Source of the DNA: Phoronis australis
Taxonomy: Eukaryota; Animalia; Phoronida
Length of the DNA stretch: 64,000 bases
NCBI GenBank assembly: GCA_002633005.1
Contig: NMRA01000361.1
Location: 62,001-126,000, forward strand
Direction of reading: 5' to 3'
A program made the translations under genes and the position numbers. Below the pieces are notes generated by a model. The model was not told the origin of the DNA. It saw nothing but the letters and a program-made list of their open reading frames with translations, and did no database searches. Positions 24,401-34,459 of this stretch are shown here, in pieces; the stretch's first letter is position 1, and each line of letters begins with the position of its first letter.

Positions 24401-27400
24401 TGGTGATCTCTATGTAGCATGTGGCAGAAGCAGATGGTCTGTCATACTCCAAAAGGTACACATTTCCATTTATTACCATCTGGTGAAGAATCAGGTTGAA
24501 CAATGTAACATTTAGTGAATCATAGACGAATTAGACATCTGTTAGTACTGCCTGCATTCTCTTGTCTTATTTAGATGAGTCTGCTAAACCAGGTATGTAT
24601 AATAGTGAACCCTTGACTGCACAGACGTGTTGTATGGCTTAAGTTTAGTCTCACTGACTTCTTTGTGCTTGGTATAGGCTTCTTTTGAAGTTTGTGGATG
24701 AGTTCAGTTTCTGCCATGTTTAAATTTCATGTCACATGTATTGTCTGTTGTTTGTTGTTTTCTTGTTGTTTATTTTGTGAACTTTTGTCGCAAGCCACTG
24801 TGTATCTCTTCACATTTTGGATTGGTCAACGAGTGAGCAGTAAATTGGATTTCCGATTGTATGATTATGTAACTACTAAGCTTGTCACTAGTGGTTGTTC
24901 TTGCAACCAATTAACAGAACACTCCATTATAAAATTCCAATCCTGCTTTTCTGCTGACTAGTTTGGCTATCTGAATGACAAATTTGTGCAAAGGGTCACA
25001 TGATCATGGAGCAGCCATTTTGGAAGTGAAATGCATCATATTGGATAAACTGCAGAACTATTGTATACATTTGCTTCAAAAGGTTGACTTAAATTTTGTC
25101 AAAGTTTACCTTTTACTTCAAAATTATGACAAAAACTGAGAAGGGAAGAGGGTAAATTGGTTCAAAATAGCCAAAAAATAGTTTATTACTGCATGAAATG
25201 AGAACCTTGTTTGAAAACACCTAATGCATTACTGCTAGCTAAGGAGATATCAATGGCGTATCACATCAGGCAAACAGTAACCGTTTGGTTGTGTGTCTTA
25301 AAGCTTGTATTTCAAATAATGTAGATATTTTATAGTTAACAGACTGAGGTTGCTTGGAGTTTTTGTGCTATCTTAAGGGCACAGTGTTTGTTTGAATGGA
25401 TGGAATTGTTATTAATAGTTAACAGTTATTGCATTGAAACTTAATCTGGACTGTGTTCATGCTTGTTCTAACATTCACCATTAATGAATGGCTAAGCTAA
25501 TCCACGCACTGTTTGTATTAGTCATGGCTTGTTGTGTTCTAGATGGCAGATCAGCCTCTTCCAAGAAGTCACAGTCTAATTCTACGCTTGACTCTAAGTC
25601 ACTCGAAGAAAAATATGCGAGGATAGGTATGCACGCCGTCTCACATTCACGTGCTTGTTTGTGCTTAGTCGAAAACATCTCCTGGTTTACACTGCAGAAG
25701 TATTGCAATTGTCGTTGGCAAAAAGTGAAGCTTGACTAACTGTTGTGACAGAAAGCATGCAGACCTGGGAAAGTTGTTTTGGTGTGGCCCTTGAAAAATA
25801 GCCAATTTGGGCTAACTTTGAAAAATCATATCTCAGAAATGGCTCAATTGGATTTGTATGAACCACTCACATACCATGATTTACGTACAGTGGTCCAAAA
25901 CACTGTGAGGATTATTTTTAAACACGTTTGCTTGAGAGTCTATCAAAAAATATGACTTTTAGGATCTCCATGCAAAAAAGTCGAAAGGTGCATAAAGTAA
26001 AAACAAAGTGAAGATTTAGGAAAACTGTAGCAGCACTTTTGAGATTTCATCTTGAATATTTTATCAACAAAATTAAGTCTATGTAAACTATGCACCTTTT
26101 GTTTTTGCTAAATATGATTAAAAAGACGTGATCATGTAATTTAATTAGTAGTGGCATGGTAAGTCAAAAATCAAGTTCTATGGGCTTTCTACTTTCAGAA
26201 AGCTTACTTTAATTTGCTAAGTTAAAAATCTATAGTTTTGTACTTGTTTGGCTCAATACATCGAGAAGTCAATAAGGACCTATATTGTAATCTTAAGCAT
26301 TCATACATAGAGCAAAGGCTGCACACCAGAAGCTGCATCATGTCACCACACTTCCCAGATTTCCTATAAAATTAGGTGGACTAAGACTGTTATACGTCTA
26401 CTATCATTAGCTAGTGAAAACTGTTTGTCACTTCCAGGGGATTATGTGATTGTGGTCCAGGATGTCACTAACCCTCCCTTCCTGGGAATGTCATTAGAGC
26501 CTGCTTTCCTATTGGTCAAACTGAAGAAAAAGAAGAAGGTAGCGCCATCTAAGCCAGTAAAAGAGAAGAAGCCAGAGACAAAGTATGTGCTCAGTTTAAA
26601 CACTGCATGCAAAATGTATGCTTGTCTTTAGGCTGATAAAGGTTTGCGGCCATGTAGTTGAAGTTGTCTCAAGTAACTGACACCATTGGCTTAAAAATGC
26701 ATTTAAAGAATTGCCAAGGGTAGTAATGAAAAATGAGGTTTTCTCTTGATACAATAGTTGTACTTTTTAAAAAAATTCATGTAGGTTGACATTACCTCAA
26801 ATTAGCAATGAACACAAAAGGTTAATTATTATTCATAGACTGAAAAACTATAGTCAGCTCAAATTATTAGAAGCCCATTTCAACATAATGGGCTTGTGTG
26901 AAAATTTATGTTCAGTTGGATGAGTGTGGTATGAGAGGGTGGAAGTTTGATTGTTGGCGAAAGAGTCTGTCAGTCATCAACACCTGTCTTAGGTATTATT
27001 CTGAAAGCCAGGTGTGTGAAGACTCGTGTGTTTATCGTGTGATTTGACCTATTTGACCTTGTGCACGACATTATCCAATGACTCCGTTGCTTAGGGACAG
27101 ATTTCAAAACCTACGCATATTCAAGTTAGAGTACTCGGAGTCGGTGTTTGAATCGTAAAAATCACTAATAACTTACATTTTTTTCTGCTTGGTTCATATT
27201 CCTACGATCAATTTAGTTGGAAAGTGGTTTCTTTGCTGCTTGAAGACTAGTATGTTGCTTCAGAACAAAGAATATGGTAATGGGCTGCTTGGAATTATGG
27301 GAGTAAAATGAAAAGATAGCGAACAGTGTTAGTGTGCAAAAAAAATTCAGATTTTGGCTGCTCAAACCTTTTCATCAGAATTTATACCATTGATTAAGTT

Positions 27401-28518
27401 TCTCATCCTCATATTATAAGTCTTTCTACAAAGTCTCTTTGGCAGCGCTAGATGTTAGTTTATTACTGTCTATGTCTAAACCCTGTCCCGTTTGATCAAT
27501 TTGTCACACGTTTCGAATTGAGCGCACATTTCTTTGAAAGATTTCTGAAACTTTCTCATCTTTTGTTGTTATTCCTGTACCTGATTTGTGTATTTGTGAT
27601 ATTATCACTGTTGTGGTTTGTCATGGTGTCATTGTTTCCTACATTTGCATAAGTGTCAGATTATTCACACATATTTGTTTTTTCTTGATCAGAATTTGCA
27701 TATGATTTGAATCATGGCAAATAAGTTTGTTTTGTTGACTAAAGCCTAGGCATGAAGGCTTTGGCTTTAGTTAAGATTGTATATGATTGATGAACGCTAA
27801 ATTTAATTTTCAGAATGCCTGTTTGATTTAACTGAGTGTAGTTGGTAGACATCCCTATGTGTTAACCCACAATTTGTTTATACGTGTTTAGTTGTCCCTG
27901 TAGAGAACTGCTAGACTCACTAACGTGTGTATGAGTGTTATGCTCTAACCGTTCTGTTTCAGAAGACAATGACCAGGTTGAATAACAGGTGATATAAGGT
28001 TGAAGTACTTTGTATTGCATGCAGTATTTTAGGCTTATCATAATCCACATAGTGAACACCTGCACCTGCTCAATAATTGTTAACAAGATCTATGGAATAC
28101 GTTCACTGTGCAAATTCTGATTGTCATGCATCCTTCATGTCACCAGGGCTGCTAGGACTTGATCATAAGGTGCTGGCTGATCCAGGATATCACTGGGGGA
28201 GGGGGTTATCACCTCAGGGTACCCTTAAAACAGCATGACGCTAGTTTTTGCTTTCGTCAGATTTGTGATGGGGTTGGCCCCCTGAATCCATCCATGAAGT
28301 GAAGTGCAATTTGACACTATGCAATCAAAATTGACCAATGTGTTTGGAGTATTCCCATGGACACTTGTACTACAGATGAGTTAGCTTTCATCAGAAAACC
28401 TTCTTGTCTTTTTAAAGCACTTCCAATGACAAAACTGCAGTGTGTTTTCATTATGTGGAATGTGGTAATTTCCTTCATTTTATCTTCATCCCTTTTTTAC
28501 AGTTCCATTGCACCGTAG
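9417..28518 (+). CDS. MORN1: MORN repeat-containing protein 1, 14 coding exons, about 539 aa
   Basis: Exons 9417-9480, 11571-11642, 12814-13023, 13708-13798, 14641-14728, 15148-15361, 16281-16395, 18565-18707 (duplicate at 19287-19429), 20732-20866, 22991-23215, 24575-24592, 25543-25626, 26438-26582, 28503-28518. All are GT-AG and total 1620 nt in frame. MORN repeats (YEGEWxxGKKHGHG) are followed by MORN1-specific segments (LWNNGKPA..., AGFRY, TPFGY, GDYVIVVQDVTNPPFLG). Confidence 0.93.
9640..9990 (+). mobile_element. Decayed coding fragment homologous to 58318-58475 (probable Penelope-like element N-terminal region)
   Basis: SYKPFIRRKIFGKLCLTLIKPSK*SCYKYLLNLEGHIRK aligns with SYRRFRIRRKLFCELCLVLTKPTKSRCYKYFLSIERHLRR. 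Confidence 0.5.
9768..10497. repeat. Near-identical direct duplication (9768-10133 / 10135-10497) around N10134; likely assembly artefact
   Basis: The copies abut a single N and differ by only a few SNPs/indels. Confidence 0.85.
11571..11642 (+). CDS. MORN1: MORN1 exon 2
   Basis: GFGVYNYENKFYRYEGEWDQGKKHG. Confidence 0.93.
11821..11950. repeat. Palindromic foldback (MITE-like) with arms of about 50 bp
   Basis: CAACTTCTACAATAACTTTCTGACTTGTGACAACA pairs with TGTTGTCACAAGTCAGAATGTTATTGTAGAAGTTG. Confidence 0.75.
12814..13023 (+). CDS. MORN1: MORN1 exon 3
   Basis: HGKLLMGDGTYYEGEFKAGEITG...YEGNWVRNKRQG; MORN repeats. Confidence 0.95.
13708..13798 (+). CDS. MORN1: MORN1 exon 4
   Basis: NGILKGNDGSIYQGSFFQHKRHGHGIMIY; GTAAGT donor. 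Confidence 0.93.
14641..14728 (+). CDS. MORN1: MORN1 exon 5
   Basis: [29 protein letters not shown]. Confidence 0.93.
15148..15361 (+). CDS. MORN1: MORN1 exon 6
   Basis: GQFMNDLFHGLGELKHISGFVYEGLWNNGKPAALATKLVI...QGDTFSL. Confidence 0.93.
15800..16060. mobile_element. Degenerate foldback MITE
   Basis: Imperfect inverted arms (e.g. TCTAACAAAAAT / ATTTTTGTTAGA, CCCCAAAGCT / AGTTTTGGGG). Related sequence near 30505-30590. Confidence 0.45.
16281..16395 (+). CDS. MORN1: MORN1 exon 7
   Basis: DQNREIQVTAGFRYTPPKEGSALFDLIEDVEEKPMATP; GTAAGT donor. Confidence 0.9.
18565..18707 (+). CDS. MORN1: MORN1 exon 8 (first assembled copy)
   Basis: GYDIVNYPLTERIVEDIVG...; phase 2 to 1. An apparently identical copy lies at 19287-19429. 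Confidence 0.8.
19287..19429 (+). CDS. MORN1: MORN1 exon 8 (second assembled copy, probable haplotype duplicate)
   Basis: Same 143-nt exon inside the duplication flanking N18924. Confidence 0.6.
20732..20866 (+). CDS. MORN1: MORN1 exon 9 (Pro/Ala/Glu-rich)
   Basis: DAPEDSVPEAPVDPETPAAPEAPE...; poly-T acceptor, GTGAGT donor; 135 nt. Confidence 0.85.
21490..21755. repeat. 26-bp minisatellite (GAATATGAGGTCATAAGGTTACATTT), about 10 copies
   Basis: Period 26 seen directly (21611, 21637, ...); the left-hand copies are more diverged. Confidence 0.9.
22491..22670 (+). ncRNA. Structured RNA module with a hammerhead-ribozyme-like core (Penelope/retrozyme-type)
   Basis: CTGACGA (22586-22592), A, GGTCTC/GAGACC stem, GAAAC (22611-22615), CTGGTT, GTC, all enclosed in a long G-U-containing stem. 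Confidence 0.55.
22991..23215 (+). CDS. MORN1: MORN1 exon 10
   Basis: VTETADATEG...GVVSFADLYIPPPPPMYRPF...GKKDD; 225 nt, phase 1-1. Confidence 0.88.
24575..24592 (+). CDS. MORN1: MORN1 candidate 18-nt microexon (DESAKP)
   Basis: Polypyrimidine tract with TTTAG acceptor; CAG|GTATGT donor; phase 1-1. Confidence 0.6.
25543..25626 (+). CDS. MORN1: MORN1 exon 12
   Basis: DGRSASSKKSQSNSTLDSKSLEEKYARIG; 84 nt, phase 1-1. Confidence 0.82.
   Translation: MADQPLPRSHSLILRLTLSHSKKNMRG
26438..26582 (+). CDS. MORN1: MORN1 exon 13
   Basis: GDYVIVVQDVTNPPFLGMSLEPAFLLVKL, the conserved MORN1 C-terminal motif. Confidence 0.92.
28503..28518 (+). CDS. MORN1: MORN1 probable terminal coding exon (NSIAP*)
   Basis: Strong polypyrimidine tract plus ACAG; in-frame TAG; AATAAA at about 28771. 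Weaker alternative acceptors exist at 27693, 27814 and 27963. Confidence 0.55.
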
Positions 28519-31500
28519 CACTCAGTCACTTCCAGCGCACCATGGTTTGAGACTTTGCGAATGGCGTTTGTGTTTGGTTGTGTTTGCTCTCGCGAGTTGA
28601 TTTGCATGCCAGGCTTAATAGTGCAACCACGTAACAGTGGGAAAATGTATTTTAGTCTAAACATTGTAGACCTCACTTACGTGAGATTATGGACCATCTA
28701 GTTTCATGTTGCATTTGTAGCTTTTAGAGCACATTCCTGGAAGCGATGTTTGACACATTTCAAAATTATAAATAAAAATTATATATTTTTTTGTAAAATT
28801 GAAACCTTTGGAAATAACTAGGGTACAGTTATTTTCATTCTCATTAACTTAAAAATTAAGTTGCATCCTACCTACTTCAGAAATCATTAATACAAAATGT
28901 CATTTTAACATAGTAGTCACTGCCCTGGAGGTCGTCAAACTTCCTTCTTCACAAACTCTGAGTATATTGATTTCTTACACAGGATTTTCTTCTGAACACA
29001 AGTTTTATCATGGGTCATGTGCCACAATTGTTTTTAATTCATTTTTTGTGAATCAGTATTTTTTCCAGACCAGTGTCCATCCTTTTTTGTACCAGTGTTG
29101 GTGAGGAAATACCGTTATTTCGATAATAAAGATTGTTCATTGAGGAATTGTGCTGCATATTGAAATATGTAGCTTATGAGAAGACAATTGGTTCATGAAA
29201 AATAGCCCTCTTTGAGAAGAACCCTGAATTTGTGAGGAATAAAAACTGATTATGACCCAGTCCTCATTGTTTAGTAGACAAAGTCAGAAGTCTGTTAATT
29301 TAATATTTTCAACTCTTTTGAAGTATTGATGAGTTTCCTTAACAAAGTCACCTTCTGTTTTGATAGATTATAATCCCTGTGTAGTAATAATTAGGTCAAT
29401 GAAGTCGCAATCACCAACTGTTTAGCTAGAATAAATCAAGGTAGGGAAGATGAATCCAGCTGCAAGTACTTTCAATTGTATAACTAGTGTAAAATTTTCT
29501 AAAACACATTGTGCTTATAAAAGCAAAGGTTAGTGTTGTCGCTGCACTAAGTTGAGGTCAAAATTATCGAATGATAAATTGCGACTGAGTTGCCTAACTT
29601 GTCGGTACTTAATAAGTTGAGCTTTATTGAGAACTTACTAATCTGTGCTCTATCAGGAATAGTTTTGCTGTACCTCATTAGTGAGCCGTGTTCTCGTGCT
29701 GCTCTGTCGTTTTAGTGACTTATATTAGAGTAAAGTCTGGTGTTTAGAGCTAGGCCTGTTAGCTTCCTTGCCTTCCAAATGCATGCACAGACCCGATTTG
29801 TGACAATAAGTCAATAACTAAAACAAGGTAGTAATTAAATCCATTTCACTTCAAGAAGCACTGTTTTGGGTGTGCACGTGACTTTGACTAGATTTTAGCT
29901 AGGTCCTAGCACGCCCGGATTTATGAATTGGCTTTATGCACGGCGGGTGATTTCACGCGCGGCAAACATAATGAGAAGTCAGTCGAATGAGCGTGGTTCT
30001 TGACAGACGGGCCCAGAATTTGTTTCTCATCTGAACAAGGAACAGATTGGCACCATCTTTTTAAGCAGTAATTAAGCGGTCCTAAGTCAGAAGTTGTTTT
30101 GACAGAAAGCAGGTTCATATGAAAGTCCTATACTTGCAAACTGCATTAATTGTTTGCGAGTTCAGCACTGATAAAAGAAACTATATCGTAAATAACTCGC
30201 AGAATAATCGTTTAATTGTTAAACAAATATTTTGCTGACACTATGTTAAGTGAACGAGACATCTCTCCCATTTGGTCATGATTTGACTCAGCTGATTGTG
30301 CACCCTCCAAAATATCAGACCACTCGGACAGCATCTGACATCATTTTTAATGAGTGTGCGCGATATGTGTATGAAAAAATTCGTTAGCCAAAGAATCCTT
30401 CAACGAGGATGAAGATGAAGAACACGGGCCCGATCAACGAATGTGTGGACTGATTCGCTATTGACTATATTGTGACGAATAAGACGGTTAAAATTCTAAT
30501 TAAACTAGATTTTTGTGTTATTCATCGAAAGAAAAATGATCTTTGATCCCTGTACAAAAATCCTCAAATCCGCGTGTCCCTGCATTTTCTACTTCAGTGT
30601 AACAATAACCGCAGAAAATATAATCGGTGTCCCCAGAAAATTGAAATATTGGCAGTAAAGTGCAGATTACTTCAACATTTTGGTGTAATTATGAAAAAAT
30701 TCTTATCATCACCAGAACTCATGAAGTCTTTTTAGATTTGATTACAAACAACTCGAAACAAATTTAAAAATGGATCCAATAACTTTACTCTGAGCTGTAA
30801 AATGACTCTCATGCAATGCGACCTTTCATTAAATAGTAAATTTCAACATTTTTTCGCATCGAATTGACATTGATGATCGCGCAGTGAGTAGTTAAAGGTC
30901 AGGGTCAAGGATCTAATTTCTTAAACGGTACTCGACCTTGCAGACTTGAATTCAACTCGAGTCACGCTGCATGATTCGAGTACAAACATTTAAATTTACT
31001 CGGAAATGAGACATGCAGTGGTCACTTTTCGAGTCAAATTTCGAGTATACATAGATTAGACATCAGGTGAAGGCATTGATCTCTTAATTTCCGAAACTAT
31101 ATTAAGTAAATATATTTTTATTCAGTTTGTTTAAAAAATGTTATTAAACGCTGAAGAAAAAGATTGATCTTAAAAACAGGTTATTGCTTCTCTGTTTAGA
31201 TTTGGTTTCACGCATGATGTGTTAACCTGCTATTGCTCAGCTTTTACTAACACTAAAGCTATAATTCTGTATCTAGGTAACAGTTTCTATAATAACTATC
31301 ACGACTGTTATTTGTCTCATTAATTAAAATTTCCTGATGTAGAATAGGATTCCGGATATTCGCGAGGGAAATTGCTTTGCTTTGCAATGCTTTACTTAAA
31401 TGCTTGCCAAAAAACGCGCCTTTGTAGTCAACACTTTACATGTAACGTTCACTGGGTTTGACTAATCCTAACCGCATATAATTAACTGTAAGCAAGTATT

Positions 31501-31643
31501 TTTATGAGCAGTTGCATGACGTACAGCGCCTTTTACATAGTTATTCCTTGACATTTACAGGTGGGACACATCTAAACACATAGCAGAATCTATGGTGAGG
31601 AGTTACGAAGAGGTAGCAAGGCTGGAACAACTAGACTCTTGAA

Positions 31644-31775
31644 ATCGCAATGAATAACTGGCGTTGTTCAAACTTTATAATCGCGCTCACAAGAACACAT
31701 TACTTATGATCGCAATGAATACCTGGCGTTGTGCAAACTTTATAATCTCGCTCCCAAGAACACATTACTTATGAT
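31644..31775. repeat. 65-bp tandem duplication
   Basis: ATCGCAATGAATA...CACATTACTTATG occurs at 31644 and 31709. Confidence 0.85.
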
Positions 31776-32713
31776 GATCCACTGTCTATATTGCATTTTC
31801 AAATACTGCTGCATAAATTGCTTCTCGGGAGCGACATTTGTAGTGTCAATAATTTGTAACTGTGTTCTTAACGAGGCACATATTACAAAAGATATGAATT
31901 TGAACGTTTAAATCTTAAGTGGTGTAGGGGTCTTGACTGTTTGATTTGGTCGTTTGCAATGTTTCGAGATCCTTAAGTCTGGTGTGTGTATATATGTACA
32001 GATCATATTTATTTATGTAAATAAACCTGTGAACGGAGAGTGTATGTGTTTTGAAAGAACCCTGCGGTATATGCATCTGGTCTTACTCAAGTCAAACCCA
32101 GGGTAAGCAATCTTCCTTTAGGTATTATTAAGAAGGCTCTTTTTACAAAACGCCATTGTTACCTTTCAATATTAAGAATTCAAAGTTGCTTACATTTCTT
32201 GGAATCAACAAAGGTAAGCTTAACATTTCTGTGAGACAGTATGTTATTAGTGAGTGTGACCTTGTAAACACTGATAAAAAGGTTAATATTTTAAAGCAGA
32301 TCTGTTTTAACACGTCACACTTCAATTTGTTGAAAAAACTGACGAAAAGGGGTCTGTCATTTGCAACAGACAAAACGCAGTAATCAGGAACAAAAAGGTT
32401 CTGTGCAGTTCAGGATCGAAGTAATTAGACGAAGTGCCATTATGGCCTTTCAGGGATAATTTTAGGAGCGTGCTCATAAACTTTTTAGTGCGCACTGCCA
32501 ACGGGTACATAAAAAATTTCACGAGGGAAAATGAAGTTGCGCCTCTAATGTGGTTTCTGTATGGAAAGTTAGGATGGCCCAACTCTCTACTTGTTGATTT
32601 TGACCAGTGCCGCACGAGACGACTGGCCTCAGCGCATACGATACAAGGTCATGTGACGGCTACAGACTGAAGTTGCAAATGTTAAAAAGGTTACGACCTC
32701 ATGTTTGAAATAG

Positions 32714-32719
32714 TTTATT
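32714..32719 (-). terminator. Polyadenylation signal AATAAA of the LRR-Ig gene
   Basis: TTTATT on the plus strand, 48 nt beyond the stop codon. Confidence 0.55.
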
Positions 32720-32767
32720 TTCCATAATACCAAAGCACCGTCATATTACTAGCCAAGTAACGTGTGA

Positions 32768-34459
32768 TTACGGTTTTTGTGTCGCCTTTGCCCCACCGGC
32801 ACCGAAACTGACCTTGATGTTTCCGTACACATTTTCGGCGGTACATTCGTACTCTTCCGGGAAATCTTTAGCGGTCAATCGAAGAACATCAGAATTGAAA
32901 AACACCGTTCGATCCTCCGAAGGGATTTTTTGGCTCATTATTCTTCCCGATGTTTTTGCTTCCCACGTGATCTTAGGTGCAGGGTCAGAGGTGGCAGAAC
33001 AATTCAACACTAACTTGTCAGCATCGAATGACAAGAAGGTCTTCCTGATGAAAGCTGGCAGAGTGCAGTTGAAGGCCTCCAGTGAACGACTGAAGAACTT
33101 CTCTTGTCGAGGTGTCGCGCAAGTCAGCCCCGGGAAAATACCCGCCGTATACGTCTCGTGAATCCATTTCAATTCGCAGTTGCAATGCAAAGGGTTGTCT
33201 GAAATGTCCACCACCTTTGTCACCATTGTGTCCCTCAACACTTCTGGCACTGTTTGGATCTTGTTCGAGGCTAATCCAACATTCAGGACACTTTTTGGAA
33301 GGCCGTTAAGTACTTTTTCTATGTCTGACAATAGGTTGTTTTTAAGCTCAACAAAGACGAGCTGAGAGAGCCTGGTAAAGTCAGTTCCAGCGACATCGTT
33401 TAGCTCATTACCTTCCAAGGACAGAAAGGTGACGTTGGGCGTTTTGTTAAAGAAACCATCAACATCTTTCAGTTTCATGTCGTTCATAAAAAGTGTCGTT
33501 ATTGCTTGCACACCTACAAAGACTTCATCTGACATCCCGTGCTCGATTAAATTGCCAGATATAATAAGATTTTTCAAGTTGTTCAATCCATCGAATGCTT
33601 TGGCAGCGATTAAGTTTCTACCCGCTTCTATTTCAAGCGTCTCTAGGTTTGTTAGACGTAAATTGGAAAAGTAGTTTTCTGTCACTATCGAATTATTTGA
33701 TCCCAAACTCAGTGTTATAAGTTTTGGACACTTGGCAAACGATGCTGGAGGAATACAAGACAGGTTGACTGCGTGGAGCGATAGTTCGGTTAGTTGAGGG
33801 ATGTGATTGAAGGCTTTATCTTCTACGTTTGTGATGGCGTTATTTGCAAGGAATAAAAATTGTAATTCTGAGAGTCCAAGGAAAGCGTCGTTTGTAACCT
33901 GCTCGATATGGTTTTGTTGTAGGCTGAGGTGTGTTAGCTTGGTTAAAGACGTGAATAATCCCAAAGGAAGTTGGCGGACGAAGTTGTTTTGAAGTTCTAA
34001 TTCATGCAAGGATACGAGCGTGTTAAAAGTGCCCAGAGCAATGTCAGAAATCTTGTTGTCAGCTAAAACCAGTTTTTTCAAGTTGAATAGCCCTATTAGA
34101 TCAGACGCCTTTAGGTTGTGAATGTAGTTATCACTCAAGTCCAAATTCACCAGATTTCTGAAGTTTATGAAAGCGTAGTTGTCGATTGTTTCAATGCCAC
34201 AGGACCGCACTGTAAGAGTTGTCAGCTTCGGAAGTTTCGCAAATACCGCAAGATCGGATGATTGCAATCTTGTCAAAGGTGTTGGGCAGTAGTTGATTTC
34301 AAAAGTGACCGTCTCGTCGGGAAGATGTGTGGGCAAGTCAGTTTGGAGACAAGTTACGATCCCATCAGCTTTGCACTCGCATTTTGTTGGACAACTCGAG
34401 GTTGCGTCTGTCACGGACACAAGGAGTGTCAAAGCAATAGTGTAGGTCAACATAGTCAT
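32768..34459 (-). CDS. Secreted leucine-rich-repeat + immunoglobulin domain protein (LIG-like architecture, no TM), 563 aa, single coding exon
   Basis: Signal peptide MTMLTYTIALTLLVSVTDA; LRRNT CPTKCEC; many LxxLxLxxN repeats; LRRCT NPLHCNCELKW...C; Ig domain LNCSATSDPAPKITW...YECTAENVYG. The ATG at 34459 sits directly after a TTTACAG acceptor. Confidence 0.93.
   Translation of the reverse strand: MTMLTYTIALTLLVSVTDATSSCPTKCECKADGIVTCLQTDLPTHLPDETVTFEINYCPTPLTRLQSSDLAVFAKLPKLTTLTVRSCGIETIDNYAFINFRNLVNLDLSDNYIHNLKASDLIGLFNLKKLVLADNKISDIALGTFNTLVSLHELELQNNFVRQLPLGLFTSLTKLTHLSLQQNHIEQVTNDAFLGLSELQFLFLANNAITNVEDKAFNHIPQLTELSLHAVNLSCIPPASFAKCPKLITLSLGSNNSIVTENYFSNLRLTNLETLEIEAGRNLIAAKAFDGLNNLKNLIISGNLIEHGMSDEVFVGVQAITTLFMNDMKLKDVDGFFNKTPNVTFLSLEGNELNDVAGTDFTRLSQLVFVELKNNLLSDIEKVLNGLPKSVLNVGLASNKIQTVPEVLRDTMVTKVVDISDNPLHCNCELKWIHETYTAGIFPGLTCATPRQEKFFSRSLEAFNCTLPAFIRKTFLSFDADKLVLNCSATSDPAPKITWEAKTSGRIMSQKIPSEDRTVFFNSDVLRLTAKDFPEEYECTAENVYGNIKVSFGAGGAKATQKP

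Noticed and set aside
27345-27380. Minus-strand CTGATGAAAAGGTT...AGCCAAAA motif
   Set aside because: Weak stem II, no GAAAC and no supporting PLE context.
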